A stretch of DNA of 64,000 nt from Antedon mediterranea (taxonomy: Eukaryota; Animalia; Echinodermata). This document shows, piece after piece, positions 1-13,000 of the stretch. The notes under the pieces are model-generated. The model had not been told where the DNA came from, searched no databases, and was given only the letters and a program-made list of their open reading frames with translations. Every line of letters starts with the position of its first letter. The stretch's first letter is position 1. A program made the position numbers and the translations under genes. The stretch covers positions 18,117,237 through 18,181,236 of the forward strand of contig NC_092672.1 in NCBI RefSeq assembly GCF_964355755.1, in the 5' to 3' direction.

Positions 1-1150
1 TGACGTTACATCCCGTCTTATGAGGTCATTACAATTGCAATTTTAGAAGGAAATTATCCGAGCAACAACATATTAACGTGTTGAAGAAATTGGGACACGT
101 AGAATATAGATGCGCGTTTTTTTAAACGTGATGAACTATGATGTAAAAGATGAAAATACGACTTTATGAAGACATCACAACATCCGATACATAAAATGTT
201 TATATGAATTCATATCTACAATTCAACAGCTTCCAGAAACGTTTTAATAATGAGTATCATTTTTTATTCTGAGGAGCTATAACATATTGGAATTTACTGT
301 AAAGATGAAAATAAGTGACCCACGTTATACACACTTTTGCACATGATGAAATTAAAATGTTTGTAACTCCCACAAAAGATAATTGATTGAACAAACAAAT
401 ATTAATATCTGGGAGAAATTAAGTTACGGATAAGCGATATGTGCTCTATTAAATTTGATGAGCTATGACGAAAGAGGCAAAAATTCTATATTTTATATTC
501 AAGTGGCCATACGATGACGTCGTAACACCCGAGAAGTAACAATTTTGCATGAATTGATATCTACAACTTATTAAAAAAATCGGGATCACGGTTGTTCCCG
601 AGGAGCTATAATAGATTCAAAATAGGCAGGATTTCGCACAAATTGTCTAATTCAACATGCTCGTATGGTGTCATTTCAAGTGGAAATAGTCAAATTTTTT
701 GTTAATTTCTAGAAAAGGCTGGAAAAACAAAATTTGTGTTTCCTACCCCAAGGGCACCGTACGCATAGAAAAGTTTGAGCTTGTGGGAATTTGCGTAGAA
801 AGTTGATTAGAAATTCATTTTGCCCAAAAAAAAATGTGCACGTAACTTTGTGTGAAACATGCCATTTTTAATCCACAGAAAGTTGACTCTTGAAATGAAT
901 TAAATTTTGTGTCAATACAAAATGACATAAAATCGTGTTGCGCAACTCTGACGTTTTAAAAAATAGAAGGTGCACAACTTCATGTAAATGGCGAATGTTG
1001 ACAAAGTTACGAAATGTTGTCTTTACACGTTTTAGAGAAATATAATGCACAAAAATAGGGTGGAAAGAAAGAAGAAAAATACAGGAAAAAAAAGTTGATG
1101 ATTTCATACAATCACAGGGAGTTATCCGCTCAAAGTTTGGATAACTAATT
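1..1150. mobile_element. Degenerate dispersed repeat (non-autonomous, Helentron/HINE-like family); related segments at ~3706-3850, ~4640-5500 and ~26813-27270
   Basis: Extended similarity between 1-860 and 4640-5500 (e.g. attcaacagcttccagaa, ttttattctgaggagctataacatatt). Also between 870-1010 and 26970-27170 (aatccacagaaagttgac, ggtgcacaac). Shared gttatccgc subterminal motif. Confidence 0.55.
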
Positions 1151-1257
1151 ATTGTTTTATTATTAAAGGCCATAATGTCTAGTAATCATTTCATTTCCTC
1201 CATTGGTTCAATTGTATTGTATGTTTTTAATTATTTGTATATTTTGTAATTGTACAG

Positions 1258-2780
1258 GAATTGGTAGAGGAGTACAAAGCTAGACTAAAAGAAATAAATG
1301 CACGGCCAATCAAGAAAGTAGCAGAGGCAAAGGCTAGAAAAAAGAAAAAAGCAATGATGAAGATGGAGAAATTAAAGAAAAAAGCAGAAGCAATTACTGA
1401 CACAGTTGATACATCTGCAAAAGAAAAAATGAATCAAATAAAAAGGTATTTTGGGTTGTTGGGTAGGGAATATGGCAAACAATTTCTACATTATTTTAAT
1501 CATAAAACTAGGGATTTCTTTAGAAAGAAATAGATTAATGTTGCTCATTAGAATGCTATTAGCATCTACCTCTGAGCTAGAAAGTGAAACTTAAAATTGT
1601 TAGTTTATTGAAATGAACATAATGTTATATGTATGTTGAGGAAATTATTAGGATTGGTATTACAACCTATTATTAAGATTGGTATTACAACCTATTATTA
1701 GGATTGGTATTACAACCTATTATTAGGATTGGTATTACAACCTATTATTAGGATTGGTATTACAACCTATTATTAGGATTGGTATTACAACCTATTATTA
1801 GGATTGGTATTACAACCTATTATTAGGATTGGTATTACAACCTATTATTAGGATTGGTATTACAACCTATTATTAGGATTGGTATTACAACCTATTATTA
1901 GGATTGGTATTACAACCTATTATTAGGATTGGTATTACAACCTATTATTAGGATTGGTATTACAACCTATTATTAGGATTGGTATTACAACCTATTATTA
2001 GGATTGGTATTACAACCTATTATTAGGATTGGTATTACAACCTATTATTAGGATTGGTATTACAACCTATTATTAGGATTGGTATTACAACCTATTATTA
2101 GGATTGGTATTACAACCTATTATTAGGATTGGTATTACAACCTATTATTAGGATTGGTATTACAACCTATTATTAGGATTGGTATTACAACCTATTATTA
2201 GGATTGGTATTACAACCTATTATTAGGATTGGTATTACAACCTATTATTAGGATTGGTATTACAACCTATTATTAGGATTGGTATTACAACCTATTATTA
2301 GGATTGGTATTACAACCTATTATTAGGATTGGTATTACAACCTATTATTAGGATTGGTATTACAACCTATTATTAGGATTGGTATTACAACCTATTATTA
2401 GGATTGGTATTACAACCTCGTACAATGTTTATTATTGGACTTTGCACACCAAGAAGCAAATATAATCAAAGTAAAATTAGGCATTCATGAACTGTTCATT
2501 TTACTTGGCATTTTATGCTTTTTACCTGAAGCATATCTACAGTATTAACTTCAAATCTTATCTTCTCATTAAAAGTTTGTACAAGAAAGCTGGAATGGGG
2601 AAGAATAAGAAAACAGAGGTGAAATATGTAAGAGCACGTAAAAGCCTAGCGGGAAAGAAAGCAGTTCGACCAAAAGGCATCAAAGGACCATACAAGATGG
2701 TAGATCCAAGAATGAAGAAAGAAGTACGAGCTAAACAAAGAGCTGAACAAAGGAATAAGAAGAGAGGAGGAAGGCGATAA
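1258..2780 (+). CDS. FTSJ3: 3' end (last two coding exons, 1258-1445 and 2576-2780) of pre-rRNA 2'-O-methyltransferase FTSJ3/Spb1; upstream exons lie outside the window
   Basis: Exon 1258-1445 follows tacag and encodes [33 protein letters not shown] phase-2 GT-AG intron joins it to SLYKKAG...[20 protein letters not shown]...RGGRR*. These motifs match the recalled Spb1 C-terminal domain ([17 protein letters not shown], GxxKxVDxRMKK). Confidence 0.93.
1644..2418. repeat. 25-bp minisatellite (ATTATTAGGATTGGTATTACAACCT), ~31 copies, in the last FTSJ3 intron
   Basis: Direct reading; nearly invariant units. Confidence 0.97.
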
Positions 2781-4057
2781 AATGAATATAAATAAACAGA
2801 CAAAACCTATTTAAACAATATAATAATCTTAAATACAGTTTAATTGTTACATAGTACAAAGCAATTGTTTAGAAATAGGAAGATGTATTCATCATTATCT
2901 TAAGCTGTTCAGCAGCTTGAAATAAAAATATGATTTTGAGCAATCTAATCATTACAAACCAAGGTATTTGGGTAAAGAAACTGTCTTTCCGACAACTGCA
3001 ACAATTTTAACACATAACAATTCTGTTTACAGTAAAACCAGTCGCACAGGAATGCTTCTGACATATTCTATTCAATTCAACTAATAGTAAATTAAAGTTC
3101 CTTTAAACCATTTCACTGTCTTTTTATGGTTACATTGTGGACTATTGCTACAAGGTCTTGGGCTTGAATCCTAACAAAATGTTTTGACCTTTTGCCACAT
3201 TTTCAACCAAGTCAAAAATGATTGTTTGACCACGCTAAACCAATTTCTGAAGTCAAATTCTCTGGACCTCAAAGTGCATAAGAAAGTTGATGTAGCTACT
3301 AGAGTATAGGGCCTGGCCGCTGCCATAGTCTTTTCTTCAAGATAGGAGTTTTTTTGTTGTATAACTACAGAACTTTCCCACATCGTCATCTCGCCATATC
3401 GCATCATATTTTTATTGTGATGATGAAGAGAAAGAGGTCACATACACGCACAAGAATCATACAATATGCATAATTCATAAGCTAATTCAGGTCAAGGGTT
3501 AAATTAAACTGGAAGCCAGTTGGCCGCCAGCCAACTGACTTCCGGTTGATAATTTTTTTACTTTAAATAACAATTTTCTCAGGTAAATATTTTTTGTTTC
3601 CTCCAATTTTTGGTCAAAGTAAATAACTTTCATGTGACATTAAAATGGCCTATTCAATAATTTGTTGTTTTTAAAGGGACAATACATAATAATTGATAAT
3701 AATAATAATAAATAGATTTGAACTCGTCACTATAGACGAGTTAGGTTATCCGCACGACAAATGCCATGTGCACGTCATATGTTACAATATTGCGCACAGA
3801 AAAACGATTATGTTATTGTGACCTGCAGAAAAGAACATGTTGTGAGTGTGCTTTCTGTTCTGTGTCTTATGTGTTTATATATATAAAAGTATCTCTTCGG
3901 AGATCCCGCCTCGTGAATAAAAATACTGAAAGATGAGGGCGTATATATTCGATCTCTGTTGCGCGTGCGTACAACCGAGGACTAGTGCTGTCCCGCCGTA
4001 CCACGCCGAGAATGTTAAAGAGTCGCTATCCAATCGAGTTTGAACAATACCATGAAA

Positions 4058-4129
4058 GCCCCAGTGGTCTAATGGTTAGGGCAACTGCATATCAAGCAGA
4101 CGGTCCGAGTTCGAGTCTCGGTTGGGGCG
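4058..4129 (+). tRNA. tRNA-like cloverleaf with anticodon ATC (Asp-like), copy 1; probably SINE/TE-borne or a pseudogene
   Basis: Acceptor stem GCCCCAG/TTGGGGC, A-box TGGTCTAATGG, CTGC-ATATCAA-GCAG anticodon arm, T-arm CCGAG-TTCGAGT-CTCGG, G73, downstream TTTTT. Confidence 0.6.
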
Positions 4130-4222
4130 ACTTTTTCTCATTCTCACAGATTTCCTCATCTTTATCGTTTCAAACTATATATATATATATATATCCAATC
4201 GAGTTTGAAAAATACCATGAAA

Positions 4223-4294
4223 GCCCCAGTGGTCTAATGGTTAGGACATCTGCATATCAAGCAGGCGGTCCGAGTTCGAGTCTCAGTTGGGGCG
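4223..4294 (+). tRNA. tRNA-like cloverleaf with anticodon ATC, copy 2
   Basis: As copy 1, with a better D-stem (GTCT/GGAC) and one T-stem mismatch. Confidence 0.55.
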
Positions 4295-4387
4295 ACTTTT
4301 TCTCATTCTCACAGATTTCCTCATCTTTATCGTTTCAAACTATATATATATATATATATCCAATCGAGTTTGAAAAATACCATGAAA

Positions 4388-4459
4388 GCCCCAGTGGTCT
4401 AATGGTTAGGACATCTGCATATCAAGCAGGCGGTCCGAGTTCGAGTCTCAGTTGGGGCG
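4388..4459 (+). tRNA. tRNA-like cloverleaf with anticodon ATC, copy 3
   Basis: Identical to copy 2. Confidence 0.55.
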
Positions 4460-6826
4460 ACTTTTTCTCATTCTCACAGATTTCCTCATCTTTATCGTTT
4501 CAAATTAATTAATTAAATTTCAGTATATCACCGGGCGGTTTAGAATTAATGTTCTTTGCCTGTTGTGTTTATATATATATATATATATATATTATACTAT
4601 ATACAGTCCAGCATAGATAAAATTACGAGACCCATCTTTCAATCCAATTTTTAACATGATAATGTCATCAAAATGAAACACATAGATAGCAATTTCGGAA
4701 GGGACTTTTTTTAGCAACAACATAATAATGTGTTGAAGACATTTGAATACGTAGAATATGGATGCGCGCTCTTTTAAATGTCATGAACTTTGACGCAAAA
4801 TATGAAAAAAACGACTTTTACAATTCAACTGGCCATATGACGTCACAACATCCAATGTGCAAAATGTTTACATTAATTCGTATCTAAAATTCAACAGCTT
4901 CCAGAAAAGGTTTTAATCATGAGTATCGCTTTTTATTCTGAGGAGCTATAACATATTTAAAATTAATGGAATGTTGAAAATAAGTGACCCAAGTTCACAA
5001 TTTTAAAAATGGTAAATCATGCGAAAGATAAAAATGGTGGGGGCGGGGGAATGGAATAGGGATAAGTGGAGATGCGCTGTATTAAATGGGATGAGCTATG
5101 ACGAAAGAGACAAAAATCCTTTATTTTATATTCGAGTGGCCATACGATGATGTCACAATGTCTGGTTAGCCATATTGATTCATGATCCGATATCTGCAAC
5201 TCATCAATTTCCAGAATATGTAATTTTAAAAAGTTCACCACGTAGTTTAGAATCTATGACTGTTTAAAAAAAGGCATAATTTTGACGAATTTTTGAACTT
5301 TTTAATCAAAAACGCGCGCAAATTGTCCAATTAGACGTGCTCGTATGACATTTTAAGTCGAAATATGTTTTTAATGCTACATGCGCGTGCGTGGGACTTT
5401 TTGACATGCTCAAAATGAATTGAAACGTGTAGAAAGTATATTAGAAATTTATTTAAAATTTTTACAAAATTTGCCTTTTTTTTCACAGAAAGTTAGCGCA
5501 TGACATAAATTACACCTTTGCTAAGTTTCAATTTAGTTCTTGTCATGAAACACCAGCATCATGTGGTAGGGATGACTTAAACTAACCAAATCCTCAGATA
5601 CTATACAGAGCTATTATATAGTTAGCGGTCCAGACATTAATGATAACTTTGAAAACGACAGAGCAGACTAAATCCAGAATGAAGTGACTTGTGATTACAG
5701 GTTTCCAATCATCCGTTGTAGCTATATATTCATTTCAAACATAGGAGGTTCAGAGTTCGACTTTTTCTTATTCTCACAGATTTCCTCATTACATGTTTAT
5801 TGTTTCAAATTAATTAATCAACATTCACTGGGTGGTTTAGAACTTCTTCTAATGCCTGTAAATGTTTATTTACAACATAGTTATGGTCTTTAATGGTTGC
5901 AAGGTTATTAAAGAACCATTACATGACATTTATTAGAAATACAGTTATTGTAGACATTTAGAGAATAACAATGAAATGAACATTTCTTGTTTCCAATCCT
6001 TTTGTTGCCAAATAAAATCACTGGATCATGTGATTTATAAATAAGCAAATTCCACCACTTACGAATGTTTTAATTAAACACTTTAAATTGAAATGGCAAC
6101 AATACCTATAGTCTGAAATTTTTTTTTTTCAAACGCCAACGGACTGTAAGTTTAAATACCATAGGCCTTAAAAGTAGGATATTATATAATAATATAATAC
6201 GAAGTTACCATTTTTTCAGGCAACTAATGGAACATACAGTTACTAAGAGATGCAAGAATCATTTACTTAGCTCAAGTGTCATCGATTTGTTGGATCCACT
6301 GATACTTTCCTCCTTAGTGGACTAAAAGTATCATGTAAAATGTTTGGCATTACTTCCGATATTATAGGCTCCTACACAAATTGCGTCACAACATTTTTCA
6401 ATCCAATCCCCAATTATATTGGCTGCAAACATTGCTCTATCCAGAAATGTTTCCAAATGCAACAAATAATGAATACTGTAACTATATGTTCAATCTTTTG
6501 TATTTTATTTGCCATGAGGCATGATGGCAGTGTCCCCTATGCATACACAATCCTAAGCTGGACTCAATGTTCCCGGATATCGCAGCAATCAAAGTCAAAT
6601 TTGGAACATTAAATTAAATTGTTTATGTAAAGAGATATTGCAGAATTCATGAAAATGACCTGTCTCTTGTCAGCCGCACCTTCAAATTGCAGGAATGGGA
6701 GATGTTCTATCACTGATCAATCAACGTTATGTTTACGCCAACATTTTTTCTTTATCCGTTTTCCCCCATCTAAAAATAAAAGTGTTTCGGATGTGACATC
6801 ACAATGACATCCAAAATAAGTACACG

Positions 6827-7300
6827 CTATCAAGCTAATCATACTGCTGTACGACAAGATGGAATGTTAAAATCTATCAAGCTAATCTTACTGCTGTATG
6901 ACAAGATGGAATGTTAAAATCTATCAAGCTAATCATACTGCTGTACGACAAGATGGAATGTTAAAATCTATCAAGCTAATCTTACTGCTGTATGACAAGA
7001 TGGAATGTTAAAATCTATCAAGCTAATCTTACTGCTGTATGACAAGATGGAATGTTAAAATCTATCAAGCTAATCTTACTGCTGTATGACAAGATGGAAT
7101 GTTAAAATCTATCAAGCTAATCTTACTGCTGTATGACAAGATGGAATGTTAAAATCTATCAAGCTAATCTTACTGCTGTATGACAAGATGGAATGTTAAA
7201 ATCTATCAAGCTAATATTACTGCTGTATGACAAGATGGAATGTTAAAATCTATCAAGCTAATCTTACTGCTGTATGACAAGATGGAATGTTAAAATCTAT
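6827..7300. repeat. 47-bp minisatellite, 10 copies
   Basis: Unit CTATCAAGCTAATCTTACTGCTGTATGACAAGATGGAATGTTAAAAT with period 47. Confidence 0.97.
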
Positions 7301-8972
7301 ATTATATATACAATTTACTGCAGACTATTGCACCATCCCAAGTTTTTCGGAACTAAAGATAGATGCCATGTGTTGCATCTGACCAGATGAAAGGGGCTAC
7401 CTGTACATTGTACATTGTATTGTGGCGCAAAATAATTAAAAGACGAAGGTGTTTAATAGCAAAATGAACAGGTACAATTACTTTGATGTTGGAAATGAAT
7501 GTTGGGATAGTGTCTGTACTCACATTGGTCATGTATGTGGCATCGTTGTTTAGCCTAATAGTACATCTATCTGTCTGACGGCTTAGTTTTATCAACTATG
7601 AACTTGTCTTGATGAAAAACAATTTGAAATCCACAGGTGTCCGAATCATGGCATTGTCCTAACCTTGGGTCATTGAGGTACATGAACATTGACAATGTCA
7701 CAAGTTTCGAAACACATTCCTTTTCACTAAATAATCTTTCACATGGTCAAGTCTACGATTTCTAAATTTACAATTTTGCGTAGCGGATAATGATTCGATT
7801 TTGTAAAATCTAAAAGTTACTCCAAATCGGGCAAATTTGAAGAGAAAATACTGAAAACATTTTCACTTACCTATTCATCATCTTCATGATCATCTTGAAC
7901 TTTTAACTTTGTTAGGGTGACATTTTGTTTACTCTGAGTAGAGATTAAAAACTGAAATATACTGTTTTAGGCTTTCTAGTATTTTAAGATTTATTGATAA
8001 TCTCACTACTTTAATTTAAGACTTAAATTTACAATCAACTTCATAAATATAATATTTATATTATATAATTTTCCAGAATGCAACGTAATACAATTACAAT
8101 CAAAGTGCTCTATGCAATGGTAATGATTACATCAACATTATAGTGTCGTCTTTCATAAACAAATTTCAAATTCCATTCTACTACGTGAGAGGTACAATCG
8201 TGCAGTATTTACAACTGTCACAGATACTCACCAATGTTGGATATAAAATATTTGATATGACAATTTTAACTGTTTTGATGAATCACAAAAACAATGATAA
8301 AAAAATTTACTATGGATATCACAAAAGTAATCAATAAATACATTTCTATATAAATTAAATATAAATTAAGTGCCCAATAAATAAACTTACTGTACTATGT
8401 TATTTTTTTATGTAAGGGGAAAATGGCAAAATCAGCAATGTGGTCACATTATACGAGTTTTCAAAAAAATATATATATAGTAGGAGGCCTTTGTCATTTT
8501 CCCCCTGTATATTGTAATTATAAATGAAACTACATAAATCACGTAATAATTTGAGCAATTAACTTATAGACACTGGAAGGCAAAGCAATGATTGGTCAAC
8601 ACATTTGTCCAGTACTAACAATTACAACAATAAACATAAAAACAAAACTACATATCAAAAATATTAAAGGAAGACTTAACTTTTAAGTAAGTAACCAGTG
8701 TACAATAATGTGTTAGTTTGAAGATAACATTAATAAATGAGTAGTGAAATCTACCACCATACTTATTTCAAACATCAATTCTCATCACCAATTAAAATGT
8801 CATTAAACTATATTTTGAATGTTAATCATAACATCCTGTTGTCACCATTATTTGAAGAAATATTTAACTAATGTAGCACCCTTTAGTTGTTAAAACTGTT
8901 AAAATATCAAATAAATGTTTTCTATAAATTAATTTTGTTAATTTTGAGTGAAATAGTGAATAGCACTTTGTC

Positions 8973-9626
8973 TAACAAGTACACTAGATTAATTAAAAGC
9001 AATCATTGAAAGTGAATTTGTAAATCATGTAGATGCAGAATACCTGTCACATAATTCCTAATGGTGCTGCTATATTTATTTTGGAAGTATTATATGACTT
9101 AAAGATATGTCCTGAAAAATAATTTTAAAAATTGCCATTTTAATGTCGCATCAAAAATTTAGATCGAAAAAGTGAAAACATTAATAAAATCTAGCTTTAT
9201 TTATTTTTAAGGTTGTGTGTTGGAAGTTGGACTACTGATCGATGGTTCGATTTCAACTCTCGCCGCATTGCTTGTATCCTTAGGTAAGATACTTTACTTA
9301 ACAAGTACACTAGATTAATTAAAAGCAATCATTGAAAGTGAATTTGTAAATCATGTAGATGCAGAATACCTGTCACATAATTCCTAATGGTGCTGCTATA
9401 TTTATTTTGGAAGTATTATATGACTTAAAGATATGTCCTGAAAAATAATTTTAAAAATTGCCATTTTAATGTCGCATCAAAAATTTAGATCGAAAAAGTG
9501 AAAACATTAATAAAATCTAGCTTTATTTATTTTTAAGGTTGTGTGTTGGAAGTTGGACTACTGATCGATGGTTCGATTTCAACTCTCGCCGCATTGCTTG
9601 TATCCTTAGGTAAGATACTTTACTTA
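8973..9626. repeat. 326-bp tandem duplication (2 copies) in the putative RABEP1 3' region
   Basis: 8974-9299 is repeated at 9300-9626 with no visible differences. Confidence 0.95.
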
Positions 9627-9825
9627 CTTTTTCCTCTATCCACCCAGGTGTATAAATGGGTACCCAGTTAGATCAAGACAAACATTTGCACTGATTACTA
9701 GCTACATTATGGGAGTATGTTTCCAGACATGTTTGGTGCAAAAAACATGACTGGGGTAATAATGTGAAGCGCTTAAAAGCATTGTGCAATAAGAACTATA
9801 TAAAAAACGAATATTATTATTTTAT
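9535..9825 (+). mobile_element. tRNA-derived SINE with CORE-like centre and L2-like 3' tail
   Basis: B-box GGTTCGATTTC, then ccttaggtaagatacttta...cacccaggtgtataaatgggtacc, then the tail gtgaagcgctta...aagaactatataaa...(tat)n. Confidence 0.6.
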
Positions 9826-10066
9826 TGACTTTATTAAAACTGCAATATAGCCTTTAATCTTTAATTGTGAGGCATTGTCAATTTACCACAAAAAAATGTT
9901 GAATATACCAATGCATACTTTTTAAAGGATTGTAATTGTTAGTGCATCTGCCATTGATTTTGTGTAACTTAGATTACCATTTTTTTAAATATATTCTGTT
10001 AACAGTATGCACGCTAGCTTACTGAACTAGTGATATTAGCTGAATTGCTTTTAGTTGTTACAAATG

Positions 10067-13000
10067 TTAAGTTGTATCGGGAGCTTCCTTGCTGAAGTAA
10101 GGGGCAGACTCGTTGACAAGTAGTGTGTGGCATATGTTACAGACAGGCATCTTACGTCGTCGTGGTCCGCTTTCAACCATCTTTGTGAGACAGTCACTGC
10201 AGAATACCTTACAACAGTGCATACAGTGATGCTACAATAAAAAAATATAAATAAATAAGCTATAATCTTGAGTTTGACAAAATATTCTTGTTTGGAAATT
10301 ATTTTCTCTTTCTCACTGAATGCTGATGATGTTTTATGATGCATTTATTAATTGTGTTTTCAGATAAATATGACCATAATCTATGTATAATATATATAAA
10401 AGAGTTAAAATATTTATTAAATTGAAAATATAAACATTTGTGACCATGTTGAGAATAACATTGACTGGTAAATCCGGTAAATAAGCCTAAAAGAGTGCAG
10501 TGGTGCTACAGTACATTTTAGTAGTGTTAAGATATAGGAAATTAATTAAAACCGACTTTAATTTATGCAAATTTCAACCATTTTCATACAGAAAACTATA
10601 TAAACAAAAACAACAATAACAAAATCTTGGAAAAATACTAATTTATAAAAAAAAATCAGCATTCCTAACACTATGAATCTTGTAGCATCACTTTTTGAAA
10701 AACAAATGATTATTTAATGATGCTCATTCTGCTTCCCCAACGTTGAAAACTAATGAGGATGCAGCTTCTGTAATAAAACACTAGCAGTAACCCTTTTCTG
10801 CCTTATACTTTGCATGTATAATAAAAGCGCACTCTAATAAAAGTAATTTGACAAAAAAAAAATGTTATGGCCATGGATTTTGTTATACACTATAAACTTT
10901 AAAATGTTATACACTTTAAAATATCTGTAAGTTAAAATTTTTTTTACTTGGGAGATTTGCTACTTTTGTAATTAAAGTGTGGTCTAGCAATAACATGTCT
11001 AACACGGTCTTGTCTGCCTTAAAAATAATTCACATGGGATGATTAGTATTATAAAAGCCCAATACTGGATATTGAACTTTGTGCTGTGTGAATATTAATC
11101 TAGGGTGCGCATCAGAAAGTGACGTCTGTTAATATATCAGGGGTTAGATTAAAACTTTTTAATGATAAAATATAAATATGAATTAAGTTATAGAATTAAG
11201 ATGCGAGTATTGGAATAATAAAACAGACTTTAAAATATACACAAAGAGTGCACTCACTACTTGAAATTAGATGATGCGCTCGGACACAAACTTTTATATC
11301 TAATATTTTGTGGAAACACGACTTTGGAATCATTTTATTTGTGTGTGGGGGTGTGTGTGTGGTTTTTTTTTCCGTTTTTTTTTCATTTACATTTTGTTAT
11401 TTTAATGGTTTTTATATTTTGCAAATTTTTTGCGTGAGGTTTGGTATCTTTTCTGTACTTTTGTAATTACATTGTGGTTAAGATGTTTTGCTTTAAGCAG
11501 AGATACTTATTATTTACACTATCGCAGATTTGAACTCGAACCTACTAAGCATTAATTTCAATGGCCACAGCGTTTTACAAAATACATTCTGTCCATAGGA
11601 TAGGTGTAATTAATTAAAATTTCATTGCGGTACACAACGGAGAAGGTTGTGTAGTTTATACGTGACGTAACAACTTGCAAAACATGGTCAAATTACTGCT
11701 ATTTTTTGCCTTTTTTTAGTGTTTATCCTTAAAATTTAGGAAAGTGACATAGCCATTGTGTGCGGCCCAATAAACATCAGTGTGCCAAATGTGAGAACGT
11801 ATCGTTTAGTGATTTTGGAGATACGTAAAATACGCGAAAAATGTAGTAGCATTAATATATAGATATCACTTTTAATCACAGTGGCACCCTTTTAATAAAA
11901 GTTAATAGATTAATATTTACATTAAAAAATATTGTAAATGGGTTAAAATATAATCTTACCTTTTTTCGTTTATCTTTTAAATGTTGTTTGCACCCATTAC
12001 AACTATCTACATCATCTTCATGCTGCCAGCGCACTTCATTATCTGTTTGACGAACATTTTCTAATTGCACCTTTTAACAAAAAACAATAAGATATGTTGT
12101 TTTTGTTGGTGTATAAAACAGTACCTTTCGTTTGAATTTGTTATTTATTTATACTGGGTAGGCTCTTCAGTCAAAGAATGGTCTCCCAGAGAGTCGAGTT
12201 ATGATCAGTGGCTGGGGAAATCTCCTACTCGTCTCGAAAGATGTACTAGGTTCTTTAAAGTGCACATGAGCTAGATGTGTAGACTGGACCTACAGATAGT
12301 CCTTACCCAAGAAGACTTGTTCTACTACCAGAACCATGGAGCGAGTGAGCCTCGAACCCTTTACTTGCTGATGTTATAGCTACATAATTACGGTTCTAGT
12401 GTCTTAACCACTCGGCCACTCACTCGCTCGTTTCGTCAACTACATTCAAACATTAATTAATAAACAATTTTTAACAATCCATAAATCACACCAACCAAAT
12501 GAATGAGAATCCAGTATATAAAAGCATTTCAAAGTTTGCTGTATGTGTAGACACCATCAATGCACACTCACTCACACTCACACAAGATTACTCAATGCAC
12601 ACTCACTCACTCACACAAGATTACTCAATGCACACTCACTCACTCACACAAGATTACTCAATGCACACTCACTCACTCACACAAGATTACTCAATGCACA
12701 CTCACTCACTCACACAAGATTACTCAATGCACACTCACTCACACTCACACAAGATTACTCAATGCACACTCACTCACACTCACACAAGATTACTCAATGC
12801 ACACTCACTCACTCACACAAGATTACTCAATGCACACTCACTCACTCACACAAGATTACTCAATGCACACTCACTCACTCACACAAGATTACTCAATGCA
12901 CACTCACTCACTCACTCACACAAGATTACTCAATGCACACTCACTCACTCACACAAGATTACTCAATGCACACTCACTCACTCACACAAGATTACTCAAT

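Larger units (their letters stand above)
3876..4591 (+). mobile_element. (TA)n-flanked element containing three tandem 165-bp tRNA-bearing units; degenerate relative at ~5740-5870
   Basis: TA microsatellite at both ends and between units. The tail ttctcacagatttcctcat...tttcaaattaattaa...ggtttagaa recurs at 5770-5845. Confidence 0.6.

Noticed and set aside
2558-2803. Antisense ORFs over exons (also 30019-30258, 32658-32861, 59929-60144)
   Set aside because: They are shadow frames of real exons on the opposite strand.
4058-4459. Selenocysteine or opal-suppressor tRNA (TCA appears in the loop)
   Set aside because: In the 7-nt loop ATATCAA the anticodon register is ATC, and there is no long variable arm or extended acceptor stem.
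3985-4512. 175-aa repetitive ORF
   Set aside because: It is a read-through of three 165-bp tRNA-like units and (TA)n.
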